A stretch of 57,675 nucleotides of DNA, filler included, from Porpidia crustulata (Eukaryota), in assembly GCA_964255105.1 (NCBI GenBank). It is 6 parts of 6 records of this genome, joined end to end, with 100 filler letters (N's around TTAATTAATTAA, not from the genome) between each part and the next. Parts side by side here need not be neighbours in the genome. Positions count along the whole stretch, not along the records: positions 9,637 to 19,172 come from CAXUWE010000929.1; positions 19,273 to 28,806 come from CAXUWE010000930.1; 4 more parts are not named here. One strand, given 5' to 3'. A model generated the notes under the pieces. That model was not told the origin of the DNA, did no database searches, and saw only the letters and a program-made list of their open reading frames with translations. Position numbers and translations under genes: made by a program. Shown piece after piece: positions 10,721-22,140 of this stretch (its first letter is position 1; every line of letters begins with the position of its first letter).

Positions 10721-12295
10721 TCAAAGCGTCATATCGATATCCTCGTCAATCAATTCCGCAGCCGGAGCCGCAGCCGGAGCCGCAGCCGCAACACCGTTGG
10801 TCAAATCAACAGCCCCGCCCGTGTTTCCGGCGCCATTGTTTTCCTCGGCTTTCTTGTTCCAATAATCCTCCATCTCCCGGTCCAATTCCTCCTGCGTCTT
10901 CCGGGGCCTTCCATTCACCATCTCCCTGCCCCCTGTCCCCGCATCGTCTCGCCGTCCCCTTCCTCTGCCGCCACCGCCTCGAATCGGGCTCCTCCTCCTT
11001 CCGACCGGCGTCCTCGTCCTTCGTCTGCCCACGGGGCTCCGGCTTCTGGATCTTCGGTCGCCGGGGACGTACCTATCGACGCCCTCGGGCGGTGGCTTGC
11101 GTGTGTCAGTCCTCCTTGGCGCACCAGGGCTGCGGCTCCGATCTCTCCTCGCCCCATTGCGCATCGGGTCCTCGATGCGATCGAAAAGGCTTTTGCCAGG
11201 TAGCGTCGCGGTATCGAACGGGTTGCGGCGGACGGCGCCACCAGCTCCACCGCGGCCGCGGATTCCGATGTCGGCTGCAGGGGCGGCGGGGAGCAGCGTA
11301 AGGCGGATGGGCTGGCCGTTGGCGTTTGCGCCATCGAATTCGCGAATGGCGCGGCGAGCATCGGAGAGGGAGGTGTAGTTTACAAAAGCTGTGCCAGAGG
11401 AGCGGCCGGCGCGGTCGAAGCGGAGGGAGAGTGTCTTGACGGGTCCAATGCGGTTGAAGAGGTCCTGGTCGATCAATTAACTGGGAAATCGAAGGGAATG
11501 GCAGGGAGGTACTTCAAGGTCGTCCTCTGTCAAATCATAGTGCAGATTGTCAACACGGAGTTTGCCACTTGGCGTAATCCTTTGGCATGTCATTAGCTGT
11601 GAACCAGGGCCTCGAAGCTTTCTATATGGCATACAAATCTTTGTCCGGGGAGTATCGATCTATATGAGCTGGAGGGTTGCGGGTTCCACGATTCGGTCGT
11701 CGGGCTTGAAGATTTTTAGCTGCTGGATGGAAAGGCAGTCGCGGATTGAAACGCACCCTGAGGGTCATCCTCGTATTTATCGTGGATCCAATCACTATAT
11801 AAAGTAGAATCAGTCTTTACATGAACATTATGCTGTGATATCTTCAATTACGCACGTATCGATATTTGTAGTATCGTATCCACCATTCATCTATGTTGCC
11901 ATAAGAGGGAAGAGGTCTAGGTCAGCTTTGGGTCATGCATTTAAAGGTAGAACAGTATCGTTAGATCTCGAGGCGACCCATCGGCAGCTCGAGAAAAATT
12001 CCGTACGGTCGACGAGGGGTCTGAGGGCGTAGCAGGTGGAGGGATGAGGTGGAAGAACCTGTAGTTGCATAGAGTTGAATCAGCGACGGCTGCTATTGTG
12101 AGAGGCAGTTGCTCGGAGCCGTGCAGGGCAAACCTTTCTTGAGTCGTCATACGACCAGTTGTTTTGCCGGCGAGTATTCCTGCCTCCTCGATTGCTTCTT
12201 CTCTGATCCAGGAGGTCAGCTCTACCCATTGTTTGGGCAGCAAATGCCGCTCATACCTGTCGATCAGAGATCACATCGTCCAACGGTCGATCCAT
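10721..12295 (-). CDS. Yra1/ALY(REF)-family RRM mRNA-export adaptor, 7 exons
   Basis: Exons 12295-12257, 12202-12134, 11890-11856, 11794-11757, 11704-11635, 11579-11513 and 11464-10721 splice in frame. They give N-terminal box MDRPLDDVISDR, WIHDKYEDD motif, RRM (KLRVDNLHYDLTEDDLEDLF...FDRAGRSSGTAFV), RG/RS region and C-terminal box KTQEELDREMEDYW. Confidence 0.88.
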
Positions 12296-13046
12296 GACAA
12301 TGCCGTGAGAGACTATGAGGTTTATAGGCGCTTACAGAGTAGCGAAATGTCTGAACAGGTGTGTGATGAATGGTATACGATGCGTTTTGCTTAATGGTTG
12401 TTTAGCAGGTATTGTTGTGCTGTCGCGATCAATTGTTTCACATCTTCCTGAGGCGAAGTAGGCCCAAACTAGTCCTCTTTTGATACCCCCTTTGGGAAAT
12501 TTTGCTGATCTCGACGGTTTACGATTTCACATTAGCCATGGCTATACGAACTTCTAGAGATAGATCGGCATTGAGAAGAGTATGTAAATGCCATGCATCC
12601 CTATCCTCGAGTCTATTTACCAGTTCACCAATTTGTCCACCCTTATCGCCGTGCTGGAGGACAAGTGCCGAAGCGATGCTACGCGATCAAAATATACAGG
12701 TGATGTGACGAACAAAATCTATGCTGGGAGGGAGTGGGGGATGGCAGTGCAGAGGAAAGAAAGAAAAGGAAACCATGCTGTGATGCAGAAAAGAGAGACA
12801 GCCCGCTATGCAAAATCCAGCAACTGCAATGTATACAAATAGTCAACGCTGCCCTTAACAAAATAAAAGCCGGCTAAACTTGATTCTGAACGCGGAGCAA
12901 TGTTTACTGCCATCTCGTCTATGTATGCAACGACTGGCTCGGTTTGTTGTGTGAGATCAGTCTGATCATATCTAGTCGCCCAGACAGCGGATAGGAGGTT
13001 CAGTCATGGGCAAAAGTAAAGGTGCACAGATTCCGGGGGACAACTG

Positions 13047-15105
13047 TTAGGCTGCTCTTCCTACTGTAGCGCCTCCACTGCCAGTCGCGGCCCGTAAGCT
13101 ATGGTTGTGGTTCTGAGCGATCGGCTGTGGGATTTTCGATGGAATTTGGGTTACAACCGCTGGCGAATTTATGTGATCGTCGTCATCGTAGTCGTCTTCT
13201 AGATAGTCTTCGCTCTGTGTCCCCTGATGCTGCGTTACCGGCTCATCCTCGATATGGTGTTCGAAGCGCTGCTTCTGAGCCGGCAACTGTGGTTGTGTGC
13301 CAGCATTGCCATTCTTCACCGCATTTTTATTTCCTTTCTTTCCCTTTCTACCCTTCATTTTGGCCTTTTCCAGAAGCCTTCTTTTCTCCGCAAGTCGTTT
13401 GCGTTCTCTTCTGTCTTTGATCTCGTATTGCCTCACCAAAGCTTCTGGTGGCGAGCCAAATATGCTTTCATACTCGCAGAATTCACAGATCCAGATATCT
13501 TCAGCCCGTGAAGGATGATGGTAATTGTTATAATCCTGTTGCAACCGTCGTTGACGCGCAGCCATAGCATACTGCTTGACTAATGGACGGCGCGGCTTCT
13601 TAGGCGGTTGAGGAGCTTGTTGATCAGCGCCTGCTTGTGGGGTGCCACACTGCTGAGGCTGGCCAGCCATAATCGGGCTTGTTTGTGTTCCTTGCGTGGC
13701 GAAGCCTCGACTACCCTGGGCTGTTTCACTATTGTTGATATGTGGTTGAGGCGGTGTCTGATAAGATACCCCAGATAACTGACTTTGCTGCCCAGGCCAG
13801 ACTATGCTTTTCGCTGAGTCTGATTCACACGTGAAAGTGAATTGAGTCTTTGTTGTACTTGACTTCTTATTAGATTGTTGGTCTAATAGACTGACGTTTT
13901 CTTTGCCATTTGGTGATAAACTTGGCAACGTAGCAGCGTTTGCTATAGCTGCTGATATGATGCCTTGATCTGGTTTATTCATGGCAGTAGATTCTGAGAA
14001 TGTATTAGTCTCCTGTGTGACACTGACAAGTGCACAATACCTTTACTGCTAAGACTACCCGTAGAAGCATAGTCCCTTCGTTGCATGTTTTGTCGGTTTG
14101 CTAAAGACGCATTCGACCCGTTCAGGGACACGCCAAGAGGGCTCCTTCCCCCAGAAGTCCGTGTTCCAGCACGTCCATACCTGCCTCTCCCAGCCCCACT
14201 AATCCCCGTCCCAGATGATACTGCCAATATTGCTGAGTTCCCTGTACCATAGTACTGGCCTACACCAGCATCAGATTCTGCTTGCATTGCCTCCATGTCC
14301 TGTACTGAAGAAATTCCCATGTGAGCCATCTCGGCTGACAAGGTCGAGTGGTGACTCCCAGGAGTACCGGAAGTAGGAATCTTGCGTTTTTTCTTGTTGT
14401 TTGTGTTTTCAAAAGAATCATAACCATCGACAGACTCTGTGGAAGACGGCGCAGACTGCATGTTTGGTGGCTTGTTAAGCTTCCCGACTTCCATTCGTCC
14501 TTCTGTGTTTACACGGCCCCTTAGTGTCGAGATAGGTGTCTGGTGTGGGCCTTGGTAATGACTCGAATTTGCCGAGCCATCATCACCGTCGCTGTCAAGT
14601 TCGTTGCCTTTGAACTGATATCCGTTTTCCCTTCCCCCATAAGTGGCCTGCTGCGTCTCACCTGGCTTTAGACTTGCATCTGTTGTGCCACCGTTTAGCA
14701 CTGACCGATCTGGATAAGCTGCAATATCTCCGAAAGGTAAATAGAACAGAGGTTTGGTCGGATTTGGTGTAGATTGAGAAAGGATCGATTCTGCGAATTC
14801 GGGAGAAAGACGAGAACGCAGACGTCTCTTTGGCAAAGGTCGAATGGGTCTATCGGGATATATTGGAGAAGTAGTTTCGGAGAATTTCCCGACAGTGAAG
14901 GGTGGAGAATAGGCTTGGTCTGCAGGGCACCAACGTACCAACCGTGTCAGTTGAAGTCGAAGCCATTCAAGCGCCATGACGACTAAAAGCAAATTGCAAG
15001 TATCTATGTTTATGCATTCTGGAAGATTCATATGCAATGTATTTGATAGTAGTGTAGAGGAGTATTGTTTGGGGTTGCAAGCTTGGGTAGGTGGACCATA
15101 CCCAT
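13047..15105 (-). CDS. Fungal hypothetical protein with a C-terminal CEFCEY motif
   Basis: Two long ORFs joined by an intron near 13996-14040. Probable 4-nt first exon (ATG G, 15105-15102) plus intron 14920-15101 gives MDQAYSPP. Motifs: SPIYPDRPIRPLPKRRLR, DGYDSFENTNNKKKRKIP, IWICEFCEYESIFG. Confidence 0.75.
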
Positions 15106-16800
15106 AGTGGCTGCCATAATACGATCAATAAGTTTGCCAACGTTGTAACTCCCCCCACATGCAGCTTATTATTTGGTATCAGTTGCAGCTCTAACAGCTT
15201 TGTTGTTCGATGTGCTTTGCGAGATACGTATGGACTCCTTGATCACGCCATTTGTCAGCAATCTCCAGAAATATAGACTCGAAGGCAACAAGCAGTTAGA
15301 AATCCAGTGCTGTAGCTCTAGCAGTAAAAGTGTCAAGCATTCTTAATGCAGATTTCCCTGTCATACTGCCTCCTGGAAGATGAGACTTGCTTACCGATGC
15401 TGTTGTACTTCCCTATTGCCCGGATGGCACAACTTCTTTGTCGGTACAAGAAGCTATATCAAGAGAAAAATAACCAGCCAAATAAGATTCAGCAATCGTT
15501 ATTCTCGAATCCGTGGAGGTGACTCTCACGTGCACAATGGTAGTGATAGTTTCTTCAAGTTACTTTGCAGCAGCATGCATTACGACTGTTGGAACGACTA
15601 ACGGGATCGGGAGGACGGACTCATATCGCTGAATCTCCGACGGCCGAATGGCGGATGCGCTTCCATGTGCAGATTTGTCAACTCCCAAGAACAAAAACAA
15701 ATTATCTCCAGCTCCCCCTTATTTTCAACCAATCATGACAGCATTGCCCCACTGACAGCTACCAGCTTGCTATGATATGGGAGCAATAGGATGTGAGAAA
15801 GCTTCTCCAAGCTTGCTCTATTTGGGCTTTCGCTGGTGGTCTCGTGGAAGTCTGAGGGAGGACGGATTGGTGAAGAGCTATCATTTAGAAATAGGAGAGG
15901 AGCTTGAGCCATATTTGCATCATCCTGGAAACTGGATGATCCAAATGGTCTGCGTGATTTGGGCGCCAGAAGCTATCTGGAGGCTGTTCCAATTAGCCCC
16001 TCTGATTTGATTTCCTAAGCTCTGAAGTGTTTGCTTATAAGTCCCAAGTCTATCCCCGGCAGACTGGTTTTTTATCAGTCAGAGTCAGTGTCTCTAATTC
16101 CATGTAGTATTAGCATCACTATGTTTGCAATGACTGATGGAAAGCTTGTTAGCTGTTCATAATGAGCTACGTTACACTAATCTTCAATCTATGTAAAGGG
16201 AAGCATTGGGGTTCAATGTGACTGCCACCTGTCGTGCTGTGCCCTGGCAGCGTGACATCTTTTACAAATCATTCCATATCTGGATTTTAGCGCATAAACG
16301 TTTTTGTGGGTTGTAGAAGCTTTCAGAGTAGAGATGAGCGTTAAATTCACTCATATCACTCCAGCATTGGTTTGCTCACTTTTGAATGCTAGCCCTAAGT
16401 TTTCGCCTGCCAGCGCTAGTGCTGATAGAGTTAGTACATCGCCTTATGACGGATCTCCCTTGACATTAATTCCGCGCTCCAAGAGGGCTTGTCCTCGCAC
16501 CAAAATTAACGGCCACACTCAATTCCCCTCTACTCCACTGCTTATCACGTTAGAACTCGAAGGGCGACGTCCAGCCAGACCATATACACACCAGAGGCCC
16601 GCTGATTATATTTTGATTGCACGAAAAGCTCGAGGAACAGCAAATCAACCACAGCGACTTCCCTTGCTCTGAATTGGCCTGGATCTCGGCCGTTCACTCG
16701 TCACACAGGCACAGGGTGCCGTTCCCAAAGACGTCAATCCAAAAGCCACGATTGAGTACTCAGTTATGACCTAGCAGTTCTAAGAAGCAGAATACTCGTC

Positions 16801-18731
16801 ATGACGCCCCGGCGGTCCTCTCGCGCCCATACCACGCAACCCACTCCCTCAGCACCACTCCACAATAACTCATCCACATCCTCGGTCTCCTCAGGCCGTA
16901 CAGATCGAAACGCCCGTTCGCACCAGAAACTTCCTTCTACACGAAGTTCTGCTGCTCCCCAGTCACAGTCATCCGAAGAAGTTGACAAGACCTCGAAGCC
17001 TCCACCGCGTCGGACTAGAAGTAGCCAGGACAATGTCGAAGATGAGACTTTGAATGTTGCCATCGACGACGACGAAGATGACGAAGGCGAGGAAGTCACC
17101 CGATGCATTTGTGGCCATGCCGAATACCCAGGAATGCCTGTCGAAGCCAGCGACCCCGCCAAGGCCGGTTTGAAATCCAGTGGGGAGGCACCGACAACGG
17201 TGACTGTTCGAGAAGACGCTGGTGGGCTTTTCATACAATGCGACGTCTGTAAAGTTTGGCAACATGGTGGCTGCGTCGGGATTATGGATGAAGCAATGAG
17301 CCCAGAGGAATATTTTTGTGAGAAGTGCCGAATTGATTTGCATAGAATCACCTCTACTATCAATGGGTGAGAACATGTCTTCCCTGGAAATTACGCGTCC
17401 TAACGGTCTATTTCACAGGCAAAAATTTTCTCGCTATTTACCAGTACAAGAAGCAGCCTACCCTGCATCTACATCCCCACCTACTGCTCAGGAATCTACG
17501 TCTAGGAAATCTAAAGAAAGTAGGGCCTCACGTTTGAACGCTGAGATCGCGGCCGGCAAACGTCGCTCAACAATGAATAGCCTCGATTCAGCGTACGATG
17601 AGGCAGAACAACTCCGTCGGGCCATTGAAGAAAGCAAGAAAGAGGTCGGAGCGCCAGCTACAGACACAAGTCTACGCAAAGGAAAACGCAGTCGCAGTGA
17701 GAGTGAACAGTGAGCTTTTGCTTTGCATCACTACTTGGTAGGCCAATCGGCTGACAACTTCTCTCTTTCAGGCGGCTGGAAGATATGAAACGGCAGCGGA
17801 CCGGATCAGGTTCCTCATCCTCTCCCTCGAACGACAAAATCCTCCCACAAGACGCAGATTCTGAAGAAGATGGAGATCCAGACACTAAGTCAAGCGAAAG
17901 CGGGTATAAGAAGATCCGTGGTGCAGCGGCGAGAAATCATCGGAACAAGGAGCTTCGCGACTGTGAGGACAAACGCGAAAGAGAGCGAGCAGATGCAGCC
18001 GGTCGGCGAAAAGGGCGCGCAGAGCGGCGGCGCGGCGATGGCAAATCTCCTTCCCGTCTTTAACTACTTCAGCTAACATGCTTCCAGACTCTGATCCCTT
18101 AGAAGAGCCGCTCTCCGGCACCACTTCCTCCAAAGGCGCCGAACCCTTCTCTTTCCCCAGCACCACCACTACCCCTCTACCGCCTCCACAAGATCCTCCT
18201 GTTCCCAAACCCTCGCACAAGAAAACCGGCCGCCCTCCTGCCCGCCGCGGCCGGGTTGGCAGGAATCAGTACACTAAAGATCGCGATGCTCGTCTCGATA
18301 GCTCCATAAATGCAGACAATAACACCTCCCCTGCTCGTTCTAATTCTAGAGACGGAGACGACACCCCACATACGAACGGCACTAACCATCACTCAAATGC
18401 AAATCACGAAAGCGGCAAAGCCTCCAAGCCTCGGTACATGAATCCCAACAGGACCAGTATGAACGACATGAAGCGTCGCGTCCACAACATATTAGACTTC
18501 ATCAGTCGTACGCAGGTGGAAATGGCGGGAACGGGGTTGGCATCCAGAACAGTGACGACGAGCCCGCCGGACCACGGAGGTGGAAGTAAGGATCTAGGGA
18601 GAAAATTGATGGGGGAGCTTGAGGAAGAGCTAGAAGGCTTCGGGAAGCTGAACAGCGTCGAGATGATGGACGTACTGACCAAGCGGCTGTTGCGGTGGGA
18701 AGGAGAGTACGGGAAGTTGGGCGAAAAGTGA
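16801..18731 (+). CDS. CTI6: PHD-finger protein Cti6 (Rpd3L histone deacetylase complex subunit)
   Basis: EVTRCICG...FIQCDVCKVWQHGGCVGI...YFCEKC PHD finger; KRRSTMNS; SMNDMKRRVHNILDFISRTQVEMA; EMMDVLTKRLLRWEGEYG. Introns about 17367-17418, 17710-17771 and 18041-18087 (GC-AG). Confidence 0.88.
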
Positions 18732-19172
18732 CCCACTGCTAAACGGAGCTTCCGAACACTTTCAACGTTAATTGTGGTCGTGGATACGTCGAGTCCATAG
18801 TTCCGCTATCCATTGACCGCAAAAGTTCTGATAGCAAAAATATCTATCATCAGCAATGGTCTGATAACCTAACCCAGCTTCGTATATAAGTCGCGTCCCA
18901 TATCACGTGCGTACGCGTTGCTCCACTGGCGGCAAATGCCACCGTTAGCCGAGACGTTATTAGCAACCAAATCTTATCAGAATTCTCCAAAAAGGAGACG
19001 CCCCTTCCACGACCGCAACCGAATGTATCATATCAAGCATTTAGCACAGATCATCTCACACCCCATCATCTCACCCAACCAACCAACAGATGAAAAACTC
19101 GACCACTTCATACCTTATTAATAATACACCCCCATCAACGAACCCCCTACGCAAACACTCTACCCCATTCCC

Positions 19173-19272
19173 NNNNNNNNNNNNNNNNNNNNNNNNNNNN
19201 NNNNNNNNNNNNNNNNTTAATTAATTAANNNNNNNNNNNNNNNNNNNNNNNNNNNNNNNNNNNNNNNNNNNN
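19173..19272. other. Artificial contig spacer
   Basis: N44-TTAATTAATTAA-N44. Confidence 0.98.
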
Positions 19273-19971
19273 GAAGAGGGTGTGGGCTTTGAAGGGGGAG
19301 CTGGAAGGGTAGGCGGGGACGGTGCCGGTGCCGGCGGGGAGCTCGTGGCAGGAGATGAGGATGTCGTGGTAGGAGCCGCCGCCGCCTTCGGTGGCGATGA
19401 TGTGGGCGTAGTCGGCTTTTGTGACTTCGTAGACGACGCCAACGAGACCTTTGGGCCAGCGGGTTTTGTGGTAGTTTGGTGGGTTGTTGGACGAGGAGAG
19501 GAGGAGGGGGGTTTTGGAGGTTTTGTCTGTCGCTTCTGGTAGTGGAGGGGTTTTGGAGGGTTCTTGGGTGCGGTATTTGGTGTTTGCGAAGCAGGGTTCC
19601 ACATAGGGGATTCCGGCGAGATCGAAGGTCATGACTAGTTCAGGGACGACTACGTTGATTTGGGATATAGGCTGTATGCCACGTTTGCCTTGAAAGGTTT
19701 CGGCGCAGAGATTCGATCCGTAGGCCAGATAAAGGACCGTCTCTGGGTTTGATGGACCGCCGCCGAGGGCGTTGAGAGGCTGATCTTGGTCGAAGGGGAT
19801 TTCGTCGAGGGAGGCGCTTTTGCGCTGTTCTGAAATCCGGGGTAGACATCGCTCTACAGGACTCGAGGAAGAAAATTTGAGGTCCAGAGTATTGATTCTT
19901 GTGAGCACAGCGATAGCATGATCTCCGTTGTAGGAGTCAGCCTGGGTTGTAGGAGCAGATTCAGAGATCAT
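19273..19971 (-). CDS. Gamma-glutamylcyclotransferase, GliK-like; 3' end truncated
   Basis: VLYLAYGSNL...TFDLAGIPYVEPCFAN...LVGVVYEVTKADYAHIIATEGGGGSY, typical of the GGCT/GliK family. Confidence 0.85.
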
Positions 19972-20260
19972 GCTTTACGTGTGGTTTCAGTCCCACCGAA
20001 CTTCCAATTGTCAGTAGGGACTCAGTATCAATGAAGAGGGAAGGAGAGGGCTGCTATTAAGCACCTCAATAGTGCGCCCACGACCCCCAAGTATCAGAGC
20101 AGTCGTGGGCCTGATCAGTAGCGTTTGGCGTCAATCCTGGGACAGAAGCGAAGTAGGTAATCCTTTGTTGACTCAGCCGGATCGTGGGTTAGGCCGAAAG
20201 CCGATGCTTTCCCGAGCCGTACGATGGGAAGCATCACCAAAACTATCCATCATCCTCGTC

Positions 20261-21184
20261 ATGGGTAAACCTGACGTGTTCCGTTGGCTTCTTGACGTAA
20301 AAGATTTGTGGCCAGAGCTGGATGTCAATGGCAAATCGACGACATCCACTGCAGAGTGGGGTTCCAGTAAGGACGTCGAACAGATCCTCAACCTGCTCTC
20401 ATCAGCAGAAAGACTCCAAGTCCTCCGCTTCTATTTTATCCGGGATGCCAAATTGAGCTTGGGATCTTTTCTTCTGAAGCACCATGCGATCACGTTTGCA
20501 TGTCATGTACCGTGGGCCGATTCTGTCATCAGTAAGGATAAGAACCACAAGCCTTGCTACAAACCATCTGATCCCCAGGGTAAGACGGTAGAATTCAATG
20601 TCTCCCATCATGGCACGCTTGTTGCCATGGTGTGTTGCACGGATTATAATACCAAAATGGGAGTGGACATTGTACAAATGAATTTTGAAAGGGACTTTGC
20701 TGCTGTGCAATCAAACAACGGCGGCTTTCCAACTTGGGTCAAGACATATGAGGCGGTCTTCTCAGATCGCGAAGTTGCCGAGATTGCTGATTATATACCG
20801 TCCACGGACCTTGACGTGCGCAGCAAGATCAGAGCCCAGCTTCGCCACTTCTATGCTCACTGGTGCCTCAAGGAAGCGTATGTGAAGATGACCGGCGAGG
20901 CTCTATCGGCACCATGGCTCAAAGATCTGGAGTTCCGCAATGTTTCAGTCCCAATGCCTGTGAACCAAGTGCAATCCGAGAAAAGTTTATGGGGTCAACT
21001 CACCTCGAATGTCGAGATTTTCTTCCACGGTACTCGTGTGACAGACGTCAAGATGGAATTGCAGGCATATGAAGAGAATTATATGATTGCTACCGCGATC
21101 GCTGATTCTTCTATTATACTCTCACCATTTCAACCGTCCAACATTGGGACATGGATTGACCTAAGAGATCATCACTCTGGATAA
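20261..21184 (+). CDS. npgA: Sfp-type 4'-phosphopantetheinyl transferase (NpgA/PptA/Lys5)
   Basis: DAKLSLGSFLLKH, KP, EFNVSHHG, MGVDIV and FYAHWCLKEAYVKMTGEAL motifs; intronless; ATG at 20261 chosen as the start. Confidence 0.92.
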   Translation: MGKPDVFRWLLDVKDLWPELDVNGKSTTSTAEWGSSKDVEQILNLLSSAERLQVLRFYFIRDAKLSLGSFLLKHHAITFACHVPWADSVISKDKNHKPCYKPSDPQGKTVEFNVSHHGTLVAMVCCTDYNTKMGVDIVQMNFERDFAAVQSNNGGFPTWVKTYEAVFSDREVAEIADYIPSTDLDVRSKIRAQLRHFYAHWCLKEAYVKMTGEALSAPWLKDLEFRNVSVPMPVNQVQSEKSLWGQLTSNVEIFFHGTRVTDVKMELQAYEENYMIATAIADSSIILSPFQPSNIGTWIDLRDHHSG

Positions 21185-22140
21185 GAACTCCCAATGTACC
21201 GCTCATGTGATACTGAGAACTGTTTGTAGGGTTATTACATTACACTACATACCAGTGACAGTTATTTTGGATATTCTTAGTCCTATGTAATCTGCTACAC
21301 CTTGAGAGCGTTGTTAGCAGGCACTAAACTCAAGCCATCACCGAAGCCGCTGATCTACACCCTGGACGTTTGCTATATTCTCAAATAACCAAGTCGCAGA
21401 GCTCGTCTCTCCCTGGCATTTCAAACCAATCTAATTGGTATATCGGTCTCCCTTTAGGCCTCAAGGGAATTGCGTTGTTACAGCGTTTCGGGGTCTGGCC
21501 AGGTCATCAATAGTCAAATGTAGAATGCAGCAATCAATTGATATCGCCCATAGAAGTTAAGAGAAGGAGTGATGACTACGATCGCAATTGTTATTGCAAT
21601 CCAGCATCGTAGAGCTATGTTTTTGGTAAGAATCAACGGACGGAATACTTGATGCACTGCTAAAGACTCTTAGAACTTGACCCATTGATCAAATCACCCG
21701 CTATCACAAGTCAACTTCTTACCTAGCTTAGATTCTTGATCTGATGTTTAGCTCTCATTTGACCGTTCCAGATCGCATAAGAAAGTCTCAATCATCTGGT
21801 TTGTCTCGAAATGTACAATTATACGCAAGTGACCGGTAGGGAGTACTCCTAATTTGAAGTGTATAGCCCCTAGCATTGTCTCCTTCCCTTTGTAAAATCC
21901 CAAAAGGAACGCGCCAATCTTTCGCGTACAATACATGAGGGTTCGGCTACTGAGTATTTCTCGCGTTTATTTATTGTGGATGCATAATCCTTTAGCTTTT
22001 GGCTGCTTGCTGCCTCATCTCAACTCGTCTTGAGCTTGTTAACCTCGCCCGCATCTCAGTTTTTCGCATGTAAAAAGAATCTCACTGAGCCTGATCAGAT
22101 GTCTTTTCTACAGTAGACGATTTACCATAGAATCGCTGCA

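Noticed and set aside
10757..10790. Tandem GCAGCCGGAGCC repeat
   Set aside because: Encodes an Ala/Pro linker in the Yra1-like protein; not a CRISPR array or satellite.
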